DNA from: Dictyostelium discoideum
Lineage: Eukaryota
Assembly (NCBI GenBank): GCA_000004695.1
Contig: CM000152.2
Coordinates: 2,048,001-2,112,000 of the forward strand
Reading direction: 5' to 3'
Length of the DNA: 64,000 bases
Made by a program: the position numbers and the translations under genes. This document shows, one piece after another, positions 1 through 14,974 of the stretch (its first letter is position 1; each line of letters begins with the position of its first letter). The notes beneath the pieces were generated by a model that was given only the letters and a program-made list of their open reading frames with translations, had not been told where the DNA came from and searched no databases.

Positions 1-1064
1 GAAGTACCATACCAGTGATGATAGCAGCAATTGATAAAGCAAATGTACAACGACCAACGAACCAATGGAACATATCAGGGAAAATTGGAGTACCAACTCT
101 AGTTGGTTTCCAAAGGAAGTGAGAAAGTGCACCAAATAGAATTGAAACCAATACCAAACATAATGTAATTATACCAAAAATACTATGAAGTGTAGAGAAA
201 TCCAAACCATCCAACATGACAATTGCAATGATGAAGCCAATTAAAGCGCAAACTGATGCCAAACCATTGAAAACGTAATGAAGTGGCCACCACCAGTGGA
301 AAACTTTTAAGAAACGGGCACTGAAAATACTGAATGGCATCAATAAACCAAATGCAACCAACATTAAACTTGCATGCCAATTTACATAATCTGGACCACT
401 ATTGGTGCTACCGGTGGCAAGATTCACTGTGGTTCTGCCTGCATTACCAACACCATGGAAGCCAAATGAATTATCTTGACCATGTGCCCAAACGAAATCT
501 ACAGGTCCGTTAACTAGGATATGGTCACCAACTGTATCGCCAGTTGATAACTTTTTAGTAAACATCATAATTGAATATTGATCGGTTTGGTATCCACTAA
601 AGGAGATGATATTATCCTCTGCTCCTTTAAAAACTGTATCATTTTGTGGTTGAGAAGTTGGGTCATTTTCTTGATAACAATCCCATACATATCCTTGACC
701 ATTTTCATCAAATGTTGCTATACTATAATCTGCATTTTCCATTGGACCGTCTTTTTGACAACCTTGACAATGCCATCCTAATCCAATCCATGCTTTTTTA
801 TTAATTGAAACTTGAATTGTTATTGTTTCATTAAAAATTATCCATTGTAAATTATAATTTGAATTCTGATCTAATATTACACTATTTTGAAATTGGCCTT
901 TTTAAAAAAAAAAAAAAAAAAAAACAAATAATAAAAAAAACATTAGTATGCAAAATTTAAGAAAGAAAAAAAAAAAAAAATATCTTAAAAAAAAGCATAC
1001 CATTTACACCAATTAAAAAAGTCAAAAATAAAATTGTGCTTAAAAACACAATCGATTTTATCAT
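1..1064 (-). CDS. DOMON domain plus cytochrome b561-type ferric reductase (5' part; the gene continues beyond the window start). Structure is complement(join(<1..897,1001..1064)).
   Basis: The minus-strand ATG at 1064 opens a signal peptide MIKSIVFLSTILFLTFLIGVNG. A GTATGC donor follows at 1000 and an AAAAAG acceptor at 898. Exon 2 translates to a DOMON-like region (QWIIFNETITIQVSINKKAWIGLGWHCQGC) followed by a His-containing multi-TM cytochrome b561 core (HASLMLVAFGLLMPF...FHWWWPLHY...HSIFGIITL...HFLW). The 183..380 ORF in the track is an off-frame artefact inside this gene. Confidence 0.75.
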
Positions 1065-1170
1065 TTTATATATTATATTATTTTATTTATAACTTTAACT
1101 CTTTTTTTTTTTTTTTTTCTTTTTATTCTTTTTTTTTTTTTTTTTTTCTTTGTTTAAGTTGGAATATATG

Positions 1171-1202
<32 letters not shown>

Positions 1203-1531
1203 ACAGCTATTTAGCTAAAATTTTGATGAAAAAAATAGAAAAAAAGTGTAAAAAAAAAAAAAAATGAAAAAAAAAAAAAAGATATTTTTTATGATTCCAT
1301 GGAATCGGTTGGAATTATTTATTTTAAAACAATTATTATTAAAGAAATATCATTTGAAAAAGTTGATATACTTTTATAAAAGGACGGAAATAAATAATAT
1401 GTTTTTAATAATAATTTTAATTTTTTTATAAATTTTTTTTTACCAAAAAAAAAAAAAAAAAATTAAAAATGAAAATAATTGTCAAAGTAAGAAAATATGG
1501 AAAATAGTGCTAATATTTGGTAAGACACGTA

Positions 1532-1566
<35 letters not shown>

Positions 1567-1788
1567 GGATATTTTGATATTTTTAAAAAATGATATTTTT
1601 AGATATTTTTAAAAATATTTCGTAACAACTTCACGACTTTTATTTAATAAAAAGTTATTTTCCAAAAAAAATTATTGTTTATACAATTAAAAATAATTAA
1701 AATTTTAATATAGAAATATTATTTTCTTTATATTATTATGTTTTTTGAAAACCATCTAAACATTTTCCTGGGATTTCAACCCAATTCG

Positions 1789-1829
<41 letters not shown>

Positions 1830-2081
1830 TTTGAAAACCTTTTTTCGATAATTCTATAAGAAGCAAAGGAATCTGGAACTGTTTTAAACAGAGCAGAATG
1901 ACAATTATTTTTTTTTTTTATTTTTGGAAAAAGAATTTTATTTTTTTTTTTTTTATTTTTGGAAAAAGAATTTTGTTTTTTTTTTTTTTTTTTTTATTAT
2001 TATTATTTGTTTTAAAAAAAAGATAAATAAAAAAATAGAAAAATTGATAGAAAATAAAAAAATTATTTTTTTAAAAAAAAA

Positions 2082-4571
<2,490 letters not shown>

Positions 4572-4898
4572 TATTTAAAAAAAAAAAAAAAATTTCTTTA
4601 GTAAAAAAGAAAATTTTTAAAATTTTGAAAAAAACGAAAGAATAAAAAAATAAAATAAAAAAAATCACAAATTAGAATAATTATTGATTATTGATTAAAT
4701 TTAATTATTACAATTGTTTTTACTATTTTTAATAATAATTTAATTTAGTTTTAGCAATTTTATTATGTATTGTGAGAGAGTGGAATATTGAAAAATAAAA
4801 TAAAAATAAAAAAAAACAAAAAAAAAAAAATAAAAAAAAGAAAATAATAAGAAAAAAAAAAAAAATTAAAAAAAATAAAAAAAAAAAATAAAAAAATA

Positions 4899-4940
<42 letters not shown>

Positions 4941-5032
4941 TTTGTAAATAATAATTCCCAAAAAAAAAAAAAAATAAAATTAAATAAAAAAAAAAAGGTG
5001 TGTAATTTAACATTCGTTGACTCACCAAGCAG

Positions 5033-5088
<56 letters not shown>

Positions 5089-5493
5089 ATGTGAATCCAA
5101 ATGGTGCGATACCATATCTTCACAACACTCAAATCTTTTTTTTTATTTATTTTTTCTTTACTTTTATTTTTTATCATTTAATAATTAAGTAAAAATAAAA
5201 ATAAAAATAAAAATAAAAATAAAAATAAAAATAAAAATAAAAATAAAAACAAAAAAAAAAAAAAAAAATTGATTTGGTTTAATTGGTTAATTTTTTTTTT
5301 TTTTTAAGTTTTATTGTTTTTTTAAAAAAAAAAGATAAATGAGTGGACATATTATTAAATAGTTATTACATTTTTTTTTTATTTTCTATTATTTTTTTTT
5401 TTTTTTTTTTTTTTTAGTATTTAAATCAAAATGAATTAAATATAGATTATTTTATTTTATTTAATTATTTATTTATTTATTTAATTTTAATTT

Positions 5494-6167
5494 TTATTCT
5501 TTATCATTACAAATAAAAGAAAAAGTACGAACAGAAGATCTATAATCCACTTGAGTTGAATTTGATTTTAAAATATTAGTAAGAAAAGATTGTTTATCAT
5601 GTGGATTAATTTGTTTATCTTTGATGAAATTTGGATCATTCAAAATGTTTGTAGCATGTAATTTCAAAAGATTTGGATAGCCTATTGCAAATGATAATAA
5701 AACGTCAGAGAAATGTTGAGTTACTTGAATTGAAGTTGGAGTCCAACAAATATTCATCAAAATATTATAAACCAATACATAAGAATGCTTTGGATCACTT
5801 TCAAACAATGCATTCATTTCATTCTTTATTTGTTCTAAAACCTTATTACCATTTGGATCGCTAATTTGTAATTTTCCATTATTTAATGATAAACAATTGG
5901 TTAAAAATAGACAACAATTACCTGTTGTTGGTTTATCTTTTGTTAAATCTGTTAAATTATAAATTATATAAATACAAATTGTTGATATAATATTTGGTTC
6001 AATACATTGTGGTGAAGTTTTTAAAATCTAAATAAAATAAAATAAATATTAATATATTTTAAATATTTAAATAAATAAATAAATAAAAAAAACTTACTTT
6101 TGTTATTAAAATTAAATAATCTTTTGTAATATCAGGTGTTATAGTAAAATCTAAAATGAAATTTGAT

Positions 6168-6201
<34 letters not shown>

Positions 6202-8820
6202 TATCATTTTTATTATTATTATCATCATTATTATTAGTATTATCATTATTTTTATTATTATTATTTGTTGCTAAAATTACAGATTTTAAAGTATTTATAA
6301 ATGTATTTGAAATTAAAGAAATTGAATTTTTAATATTTGTAATTGTTAATGGTTGTAATTTTGGAATGATTATTGAAGAGATAATTTGAAGTAATGATGC
6401 AATTGGATATTGATTAAATGATTGAGTTGCTTGTTGAAGTATTTCATCAACGAAATCATTTGCAATCTCACGAAAATATAACATCATATAACGATAGAAT
6501 GTTGTAATACAATCAATGATTTCAAATTCAGATTTATAATGTTTTAAAAGTTGACCTTGAATTGGGATTGTAGTTTGAAAGAATGGATACAATGGATGTT
6601 TAGAAGGTGATGTAAATTCACCATTGGCACCCATAGTAGCAAATTCATCATACTCTATAATTTCATTGACTGAATAGAGTATTGACAATTGTACCAATAG
6701 TTGATTGTAGTGATCCTTTGATTTTACTCTTGGAATGTGGTCAGTGATATTTGGTATGACAGGACTTATTAAACGGGTGAATAGAGGTGATAGTTCATGG
6801 ATTGGTGCTTTATGTAGTATATGAAGCAATGATTTATAAACCAATACGATTGATGGATTTGATTTTTGAGGACCCAATAGAATTGGTTCGATTTGGTCTA
6901 AAATCTGATTGAAATGTGGCCATAGCATAGTTGAGCATTTATCACTAACACAAATGGATAGCAATGAGGATGCAGCGGATCCAATCAATTCGGCATGTGA
7001 TAAAGCGGGTAAAAGATCAGAGACCACTTTGGCTAGATAATCAGTATTTGTCTTTAAGAATGACGAGTATCTACCAATTAACTTTATTGAGGTTCTAACC
7101 AATGGAATTGATTTAATTGGTATCAAAGGAATGATATTCAATAGAATGGGTACATACTCCAATTGACCATCTTGTGAACCACCTGAAAAAGCATAGATAT
7201 AATATAGAATTGACTCATACTGCTCCCAATGTGGACATTTCTCATTGATAAATGCATTTAACTTTTCAATGAGAAACTTTAAAAACGTTGATTTTGGTAT
7301 GATATCATTCTCTTGAATATTCATCAAACAATCTGAAGAGCATGATCTAAACTGCTCAATATCGTCATCCAACAGTGTTTCAATATTGGTCTCACATAGA
7401 ACACCATTAAACTGAGCATTTTGACTTGTACTCAATGGATTGGTACCATTCTCAATGGGACAATAGTCCTTTCCATTTGGGTACATCGAAACATCCAAAA
7501 AACGATTTAAAAGCTTCAAGAAAAAGAATTTCAATATATTTTGATCCTGTTGTACCAACATTGTATGGGTCTTAAAATCATCGATTAAATAAAACAATAA
7601 CGATATGGTTTCTCTTGAGCCAATCTCTATAAATGATATCAACAGATTTAAACATCTATGTATTAAATCGGTTGTAAACAATTGTGAATTATTTGAACTT
7701 ATAAATTGAACGAAAACATTGAAAATTGGTTTAGCCTTTGAATCATCTTGATTCATAACAGTTGCTTCATTATAAAATGTTGGAAATATCGTTAACGATT
7801 GTTCAATTGCATACCTAAATGCCTCAATATAACAACTACCATTACTTTGACCTTCAATTGATAATGATGATCCCTCCAACACCAATGCTAATGAATCAAT
7901 TAATGGATATCCAATTGAATTCCTATTATTATTATTATTATTATTACCATTACCATTACCATTACTATTATTACTAACTTTTTGTTGACCAACTGTAAAT
8001 GAAATTTCAAAACAACTTTGTAACATTGTACCATTTGATGGTAACATATATTTTAACCATGCCGATAATGCTTTATATGAAATCTTTATAAATTCAAAAT
8101 TTTCGTTTATTGGTAAAAATAATACTGATAATAAAAATTTATAAATTTTATCAATAATTAATTTTAATTCTTTTTGAATTTCACTTTATTGAAAATTAAT
8201 GTTAATATATATATATATATATATATATAATTTTATTATTATTATTGGTATTATTAGTATTTATACTTACCTATATTTACATAATGCTAAATCTTGTTTT
8301 TTTAATTCATCAGGTAAAATTGAAAGAAATTCTAAAACCATTAATAAACGATCAGTATTGAAATGATTTTGTGATGGATCATGTAATGATAAAGTGTTTA
8401 TATCTTGTTTAATTGATAAATGAATGATATCAAAGATAGCATTTCTCCAAATCTCTGGAAATGTATACATTACAGCAATGGTTAGAGTCACGGAAACTCT
8501 AGTTACACAACAGATGGGTAACTTTGTTGAATTTTGAATGATTGATACAATCGTATTTAAAATCTTTGATTTCATTTCAACATTACATTCATTCCATTCA
8601 TTCTTTAATTTACTCTCTAATGTAGATGCACCGAAATATTGTAATTCAAAGATATTAGTTTCTAATAATAATCTTGGACAAAATTCCCATGCTATTGGTT
8701 GTTTTTGAAATAATATTAACCATTTCTCTGCTAATTTTCTTTGATTTGAATCATTTGATTTATATAATGTATGTAATGCATGTGTTAAAACATCTAATGT
8801 TGCTTCTGGTTCTAATTTTT

Positions 8821-8852
<32 letters not shown>

Positions 8853-8877
8853 TAATTTGATGGCATTACACAAATAC

Positions 8878-8917
<40 letters not shown>

Positions 8918-9010
8918 TGTAAAAGGAATTGGTGAATCTGAAAATGATTTTACATCAAAACTACCATATGATGGACAATTTTCATATTGATCCATTGCAT
9001 TTGTATTCAT
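5494..9010 (-). CDS. Importin-13/transportin-like karyopherin (importin-beta superfamily), multi-exon. Approximate structure is complement(join(5494..6027,6088..~8015,8271..9010)).
   Basis: The N-terminal exon (8271..9010) aligns to the human IPO13 N-terminus, including [27 protein letters not shown]...[18 protein letters not shown], the importin-beta N-terminal signature. A GTAAGT donor lies at 8270. The long middle ORF (6059..8047) has HEAT-like helical content. A 60-bp GTAAGT...TTTAG intron at 6028..6087 joins in frame to the ORF 5494..5817. The acceptor of intron 1 is ambiguous; my best guess from phase compatibility is near 8016, but other AG sites are possible. Confidence 0.7.
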
Positions 9011-9517
9011 TTTTTAAATTTTATATGTTAAATAATTATTAAATGTTGTATTCGTTTTTTGAAAAAAAAAAAACAAAAAAAATACAAAAAAATATATAAA
9101 AAATAAAAAAAAAAATTAAAAAAAAAAAAGAAAAAAATAAAAAAATAAAAAAATAAAAATAAAATTTTTTAATTTGAAAAAATAAAAAAAAAAAATAAAA
9201 ATGGAACCACCTTCCGTTCCAAATGGAATAATTTCAATAAATTATTTTTAGTTTTAAAACTTAAAAAAAAAAAAAAAAAACAAATGATCCAATATATTTA
9301 GATTTAAAAATAAATTTTTTTATTTTTTTTTTTTTATTTTTTTTTTGTTTATATTTTATTTTATTTTAAAAAAAGAAATTATTTTAAGTTTATTTTTAAA
9401 TTTTTTAATTTTTATTTTAGTTTCCTATTTTTCATATTTTTTAATATTGTTTTTATTGATTGATATTAAAATCAAATTTATATTGATTATTTTTCTTATT
9501 TTTTTTTTATTTTTTTT

Positions 9518-9548
<31 letters not shown>

Positions 9549-9653
9549 TTTCTTTTTTTTTAATAACACTGTTTAATAAAGATAAAAAAAAAATCATCAC
9601 AAATGTATATTTACAAATTACCTATATTTAATTATAATGACCAAATAAAGATT

Positions 9654-9700
<47 letters not shown>

Positions 9701-10201
9701 ATTCAAAACCACCACTAAAATTTGGGGATTAAAAATTTTTTTTTTATTTTTTTTTATTTTTTTTTTTTATGAAATTTTTTTAAAAAAAAAAAAAAGAATT
9801 CAAAAAAAAAAAAAAAAAAAAAAAACAAAACTTGTGCACGATATTTTTCTAACTATTATTAATTTTATTACAACGAATATTTTTGTGAGGTATTTTATCA
9901 AAAAAAAAAAAAAAAAAAAAAAAAATTTTTTAAAAAAAAACAATAATAAAAACAATAGATACAAATATATTAATAGTCCCTTTTAAATTCAAAATAATAA
10001 CAAATCTTAATAATTTGTTTATATAGACTTAATTTGGTATTAATTTGTAAATATATAAAAAAAACCCCTCTCTCCCCCTCTCTCAAAAAAAAAATATAAA
10101 AAAAAATTATAATAAATCCCCACAAAAGTAGTAATAATAAAAAAAAAAACAAATAAAGAAAAAAGATAAAGAAAATTTAATATATATATATAAAGAAAGA
10201 A

Positions 10202-11086
10202 ATGTCATTAAAAAGATCAGATGATTATCAAGATTTAGAAGAAGGTATTGCAATGGAAGATGGTGGTAATATTAAAGATGAAGAAGAGAAACCATTAGAC
10301 CCAATCGAAGAACAAAATAAAAAACGTTGGGTATTAATTCGTGCAGTATTGGGTGAATTATTATGTACATTTTTATTTGTATATGTATTATGTGCAACTA
10401 GTGCAAATTTCATTCGTTTAGGATCACCACCAAATCCAGTAGTTGGTGGTTTATCAACAGGTTTTGCAGCAGTGGCTTTGATTTATTCATTTGCAGATGT
10501 TAGTGGTGCACATTTCAATCCAGCAGTGACCTTTGCAACATGTGTCACCAGAAAGACATCAATAACCAAAGGTTTGATGTATGTCGGTGCCCAATTGGTA
10601 GGTTCAGTATTGGCTTCGTTGATTTTGTTGGCAACATTCCCAGGTAACTTCCCTGGCGATAAGAATGCAGCTAGTGCCGTTGCAATCGCCCCATCAACTG
10701 ATGCAAACATCGGTAATGCTTTCTTGACAGAGTTGGTTTTAACTTTTATTTTAGTATACGTCATTTTCGCTGTCGCTTTCGATACCGTTGATAATAGTGT
10801 AAAAACAAAGGTCGTAGGTAAATCCTCATCAAATAATCTCACAATCTATACTACCTCTGGTCAAACTAAAGCTGGTTTCGCACCAATTGCAATCGGTTTC
10901 ACTTTAGGTTTCCTTTGTTTCTTGGGTGGTTCAGTCTCTGGTGGTGCTTTCAATCCTGCTAGAGTTTTCGGTACTGCTTTAGTTGGTAATAATTGGACTC
11001 GTCATTGGATGTATTGGATAGCTGACTTTTTAGGTGCTGGTTTAGCTGGTTTTGCTCAAAAATTCTTTTCATCTACTCATAAATAA
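10202..11086 (+). CDS. aqpB: Aquaporin (MIP family) with an extended intracellular loop D.
   Basis: This is a 294-aa single-exon ORF with six predicted TM helices. It has two NPA boxes (SGAHFNPAVTF and GGAFNPARVF) and an ar/R-type Arg after the second NPA. An approximately 35-aa insertion (DTVDNSVKTKVVGKSSSNNLTIYTTSGQTKAGF) sits between TM4 and TM5, which corresponds to loop D. Both the length and the long loop D match my recollection of Dictyostelium AqpB, so the symbol is tentative. Confidence 0.85.
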   Translation: MSLKRSDDYQDLEEGIAMEDGGNIKDEEEKPLDPIEEQNKKRWVLIRAVLGELLCTFLFVYVLCATSANFIRLGSPPNPVVGGLSTGFAAVALIYSFADVSGAHFNPAVTFATCVTRKTSITKGLMYVGAQLVGSVLASLILLATFPGNFPGDKNAASAVAIAPSTDANIGNAFLTELVLTFILVYVIFAVAFDTVDNSVKTKVVGKSSSNNLTIYTTSGQTKAGFAPIAIGFTLGFLCFLGGSVSGGAFNPARVFGTALVGNNWTRHWMYWIADFLGAGLAGFAQKFFSSTHK

Positions 11087-11309
11087 ATTTCAAAAAAATA
11101 AAAAAAAAGAATTCAAATAAAAAAAATAAATAATAATAATAATAATAAAAACTAAATAATAGTAATAATAGTAATAATAGTTTTAATAATAAATTAAAAT
11201 AAATTAAATAAAAAAAAAAAAAATGAATAAAATGAAATAGAAAAAAAAAAAAAAAAAAAAAAAAAGTTGTTTATAAATTTATTATTTTTATTTTTTTATT
11301 TTTTTATTT

Positions 11310-11342
<33 letters not shown>

Positions 11343-11798
11343 AATTTCTAAATTAATAAATTTTGAGTAAAAAATAATAATACTGAAAAAAAATAAAATA
11401 AAAATAAAATTACTTATTTGAAAAAGGAATTTTTGGAAACAAATAAAAAAAATATTAAACAATTTTATTATAATTAATTTTAAATTAATAGGTGATAAAA
11501 ATTAAATCTCATCTAGTTATTATTATTTTATTATTCAATTAAATTTGAATAAATAAATTATTTTTCATTTGTGTGTTTGTTTAATTTATTTTTATTTTTT
11601 ATTTTTTTTTTTTTTTATTTTTTATTTTCTATTTTTTTTTTTTTTTTCGCAATTGTAAAAAAAAACAAAAAAAAAAAAAAAATCATTTTTTGAAGTCCTG
11701 GGATAATTTTTATGATTTTTTTTTTTTATTTTTTTAATCTCATGTTATCACACACATTATATTTTACTAACTAAAAATATCACATAGTCGAAAAAAAT

Positions 11799-12751
11799 AT
11801 GTCAGCATTATCCATTATTTCAATTATAATTGGATGGATATATTTTGCATGTTGGAGTCTTTCATTTTATCCACAAGTTATTTTAAATTTTAGAAAAAAA
11901 AAGTAAATTAATTTTAATTAAAATTAATTTTATAATTTCATAATTAAATAATTAAATATTAATTTTTTATTTTTTATTTTTATTTTTTTTATTTTAAAAG
12001 TGTTATAGGTTTATCATTTGATTTTTTATTATTTAATATAACTGGATATGCATGTTATTCAGTATTTAATAGTGTACTTTATTTTGATAAATTAGTAAAG
12101 AATGAATATTATGATAAATACGGACCACCAATACCAGTACAACAGAGTGATATAGCATTTGCAATACATGGTTTTGTATTGACTGCAATAACGATTATAC
12201 AATGTTTTATATATGATAGAGGTAATCAAAAGAATTCTAAATTGGGTATTGGAATAGCGACACTTATTTGGGTGTCATTAATTGTTATGACTATATTAGG
12301 TTTCTCAAATGTATTCACATGGCTATGGGTAATAAACTACTACTCATATGTTAAACTATTTATAACTTTTATAAAGTATATACCTCAAGCTTATTTAAAT
12401 TTTAAAAATAAATCAACAAGTGGTTGGAGTGTACATAATGTTTTATTGGATTTCAGTGGTGGTGTATTATCTTTATTACAAATGTTTTTAGATGTTGCTG
12501 ATTCTGGAAATTGGAATATATTCACTGGTGATCCTGTAAAATTAGGTTTATCTTTATTTAGTATTGCTTTTGATATATTATTCATAATTCAACATTATAT
12601 TCTATATCGTAATCCAAAATCAAAAGGTTATCAAAATTTAAATGATAATAATATTCCAAATAATAATAATAATAATAATAATAATATTAATAATAATACC
12701 CCTCATCAAATTATTATAAATAATAGTTTAATTGGTGAAGAGGATCAATAG
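11799..12751 (+). CDS. ctns: Cystinosin-like lysosomal PQ-loop transporter. Structure is join(11799..11902,12001..12751).
   Basis: Exon 1 ([34 protein letters not shown]) contains the first PQ-loop motif and ends at a GTAAAT donor at 11903. A TTTTAAAAG acceptor lies at 12000. Exon 2 is in frame (phase 2) with ORF 12179..12751 and contains the second PQ-loop ([19 protein letters not shown]) and 7-TM-like hydrophobic segments. The product is 284 aa. Confidence 0.75.
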
Positions 12752-13218
12752 TTTTTTTTTTTATTTTAAAAAAAAAAAAAATAGTAAGATTATTTATAAT
12801 AATAATAATAATAATAATAAAAATAATAATAGATAAACCAATAAAAAAAACACATATTTAGTTATGTGTTTTGTATTTAATTAATTGTAAAAAAAAAAAA
12901 AAAAGACTTTATTTTTATTTTATTTTATTTTATTTTATTTTATATTATTTTTTTGGGTAGGTGGGTGAAATTTATTTATTTAAAATATTCATCAGTTTCT
13001 TTTATAATAATATTTAATTCTCTTGGACTCTATATTCCTTATTAGTTTTACCTTCACTTAAACTATTAATTTTTTTTTTTTGAAAAAAAAAAAAAAAAAA
13101 AAAAAAAATTTAACAAATTCGGAAATTTTAGTTTGGAATTAAAAAAAGAGAAAACAAATTTGGAAAACTTACAATAATACTGTTATTATATTTTAATTCA
13201 TTAAGTAACAATTATAAA

Positions 13219-13281
<63 letters not shown>

Positions 13282-13352
13282 GTTTTATTTTATTTTTAAT
13301 TATATTACAGAATTATTTTATTTTATTTTATTTTATTATTTTTTTTTTTTTT

Positions 13353-13838
13353 TTATTCAATATTAATTTTAATTTCTTTTTCAAAGGATTGCTTAAAAAT
13401 AGTAATTGTTAAAGTATTATCTTTAAATTGAGCTTTAATTGAGGAGAAATCTAAATTTTTATTACTAACATTAATTGTTTTTTGATATTTTTCAAATTTA
13501 GTTAATTTTGTTTTTTCTTGATTTTCAAATTTAATTTCTTTAAATGCTGAAATTATTAAACGATTATTTTTTACATTAACACTAATTTCTTCTTTATTAA
13601 AATTTAATGGTATTAATGCTTTAATTTGATATTGATTTGGTGTTTCTTGAATTTTTAACTTTGGATTTAATGATGTAAATTTAGATTCAATTATTGAATT
13701 TAATATATTATTAACTTGATTTGATTTATTCTCTTCTTCTTGTTGTTGTTTTTGAATTTCATTATTCTTTTCAAAAATATTATTATTGTCGTTATTAATG
13801 AAATTAATTAAATTTGGTAAAATTATTGAGCAAGACAT
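13353..13838 (-). CDS. Small heat-shock protein (alpha-crystallin/HSP20 domain).
   Basis: This 161-aa ORF has a C-terminal region with an alternating beta-strand pattern typical of the alpha-crystallin domain (ISVNVKNNRLIISAFKE...NVSNKNLDFSSIKAQFKDNTLTITIFK). Its size and N-rich N-terminus match the Dictyostelium sHSP family. The assignment rests on pattern recognition only. Confidence 0.5.
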   Translation of the reverse strand: MSCSIILPNLINFINNDNNNIFEKNNEIQKQQQEEENKSNQVNNILNSIIESKFTSLNPKLKIQETPNQYQIKALIPLNFNKEEISVNVKNNRLIISAFKEIKFENQEKTKLTKFEKYQKTINVSNKNLDFSSIKAQFKDNTLTITIFKQSFEKEIKINIE

Positions 13839-13856
13839 TTTTTTATTATTTTTTAG

Positions 13857-13888
<32 letters not shown>

Positions 13889-14564
13889 TTTTTTTTAAAA
13901 AGAAAATTATTTATTTAAATAAAATTTTATTTATTTATTTTATTTGTTTATTTATATTTTTTGAATATTAAAAATTTAATTTAATTTTTTTATTTATAGA
14001 AATTTAATTTAATCAAAAATTTTTCATATTCGCATTTTTTATTTTCAGACTTTTTGACAATTTTTTAATTTTTTTCGTTTTTCTTAGTTTTCATTTTGAT
14101 TTCACTGAATTTAATTTTTTTTTTCTTCCAAATTTACCAATATAAAAATAATTTTTAATAATTTTTTCTCAAAAAAAAAAAACAAAGAACAATCATTTTT
14201 TTATATTTTAAAAAAACCAAAAAAGGAAAAAAATTAAAACAATCAAGAAAATAAAAAAAAAATGTTTTAAAAAAAGATAAAAATTAAAAAAAAAATTAAA
14301 AAAATAATAAAAAAAAAATAAAAATTTAAAAAAAAAAAAATTTTGATTTGGATCGATTTTAAGATCTCAGACAATTTATGAATTTTATTAAAAATATCAT
14401 ATCCTTAAAAATGAAAACTTTTGATTACTAATTTTAGTTATGATCATTAAAAATATAATAAAAAAAAAAAAAATAAAAAATATAAAAATTTAAAAAATTA
14501 CATTGCAACAATATTTTTTTTTATCCGATTGGGTTTTTATTTTTATTATTTTTTTTTTATTTTT

Positions 14565-14604
<40 letters not shown>

Positions 14605-14791
14605 GGTTTATATATATTTTACTTATTTTTTTTTTTATATTTTTTAAAAAAGACTTAATTTTATTTGGAATTTTCGTCTTTGATTTTTTGATTTAATTAC
14701 TTGAAAAGGAACGCATTTTTTTATTTTATTTAATTTTATTTTTTTTTTTTATTTTTTTATATTAAAAAAATTTTTTAAAATTGAAAATCAA

Positions 14792-14828
<37 letters not shown>

Positions 14829-14974
14829 ATTTTTTTAAGTCCTATTTAATTTTGTTTATTATTTTTTTATCATTTTTTTTGTTTTGTTTTATTTTTTTCA
14901 TTTTTTTTTTTTTTTTTATTATTATTTATTTTAAATTTTTAAAATAATTTTCATTGGAAAAAAAAAACCATACA

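Noticed and set aside
4729-5192. Poly-F/poly-K ORFs around a 58-nt A tract
   Set aside because: This is a homopolymer artefact in intergenic DNA between the bZIP and importin genes.
6156-6389. A 77-aa plus-strand poly-L ORF
   Set aside because: It is antisense to the (AAT/AAC)-rich region of the importin-13-like gene. It is a low-complexity artefact.
14954-14974. The track's start for the VHP protein at 14954 (MEKKNHTM...)
   Set aside because: Position 14954 is a TTG, not an ATG. The first ATG in frame is 14975 with an A-rich Kozak context.
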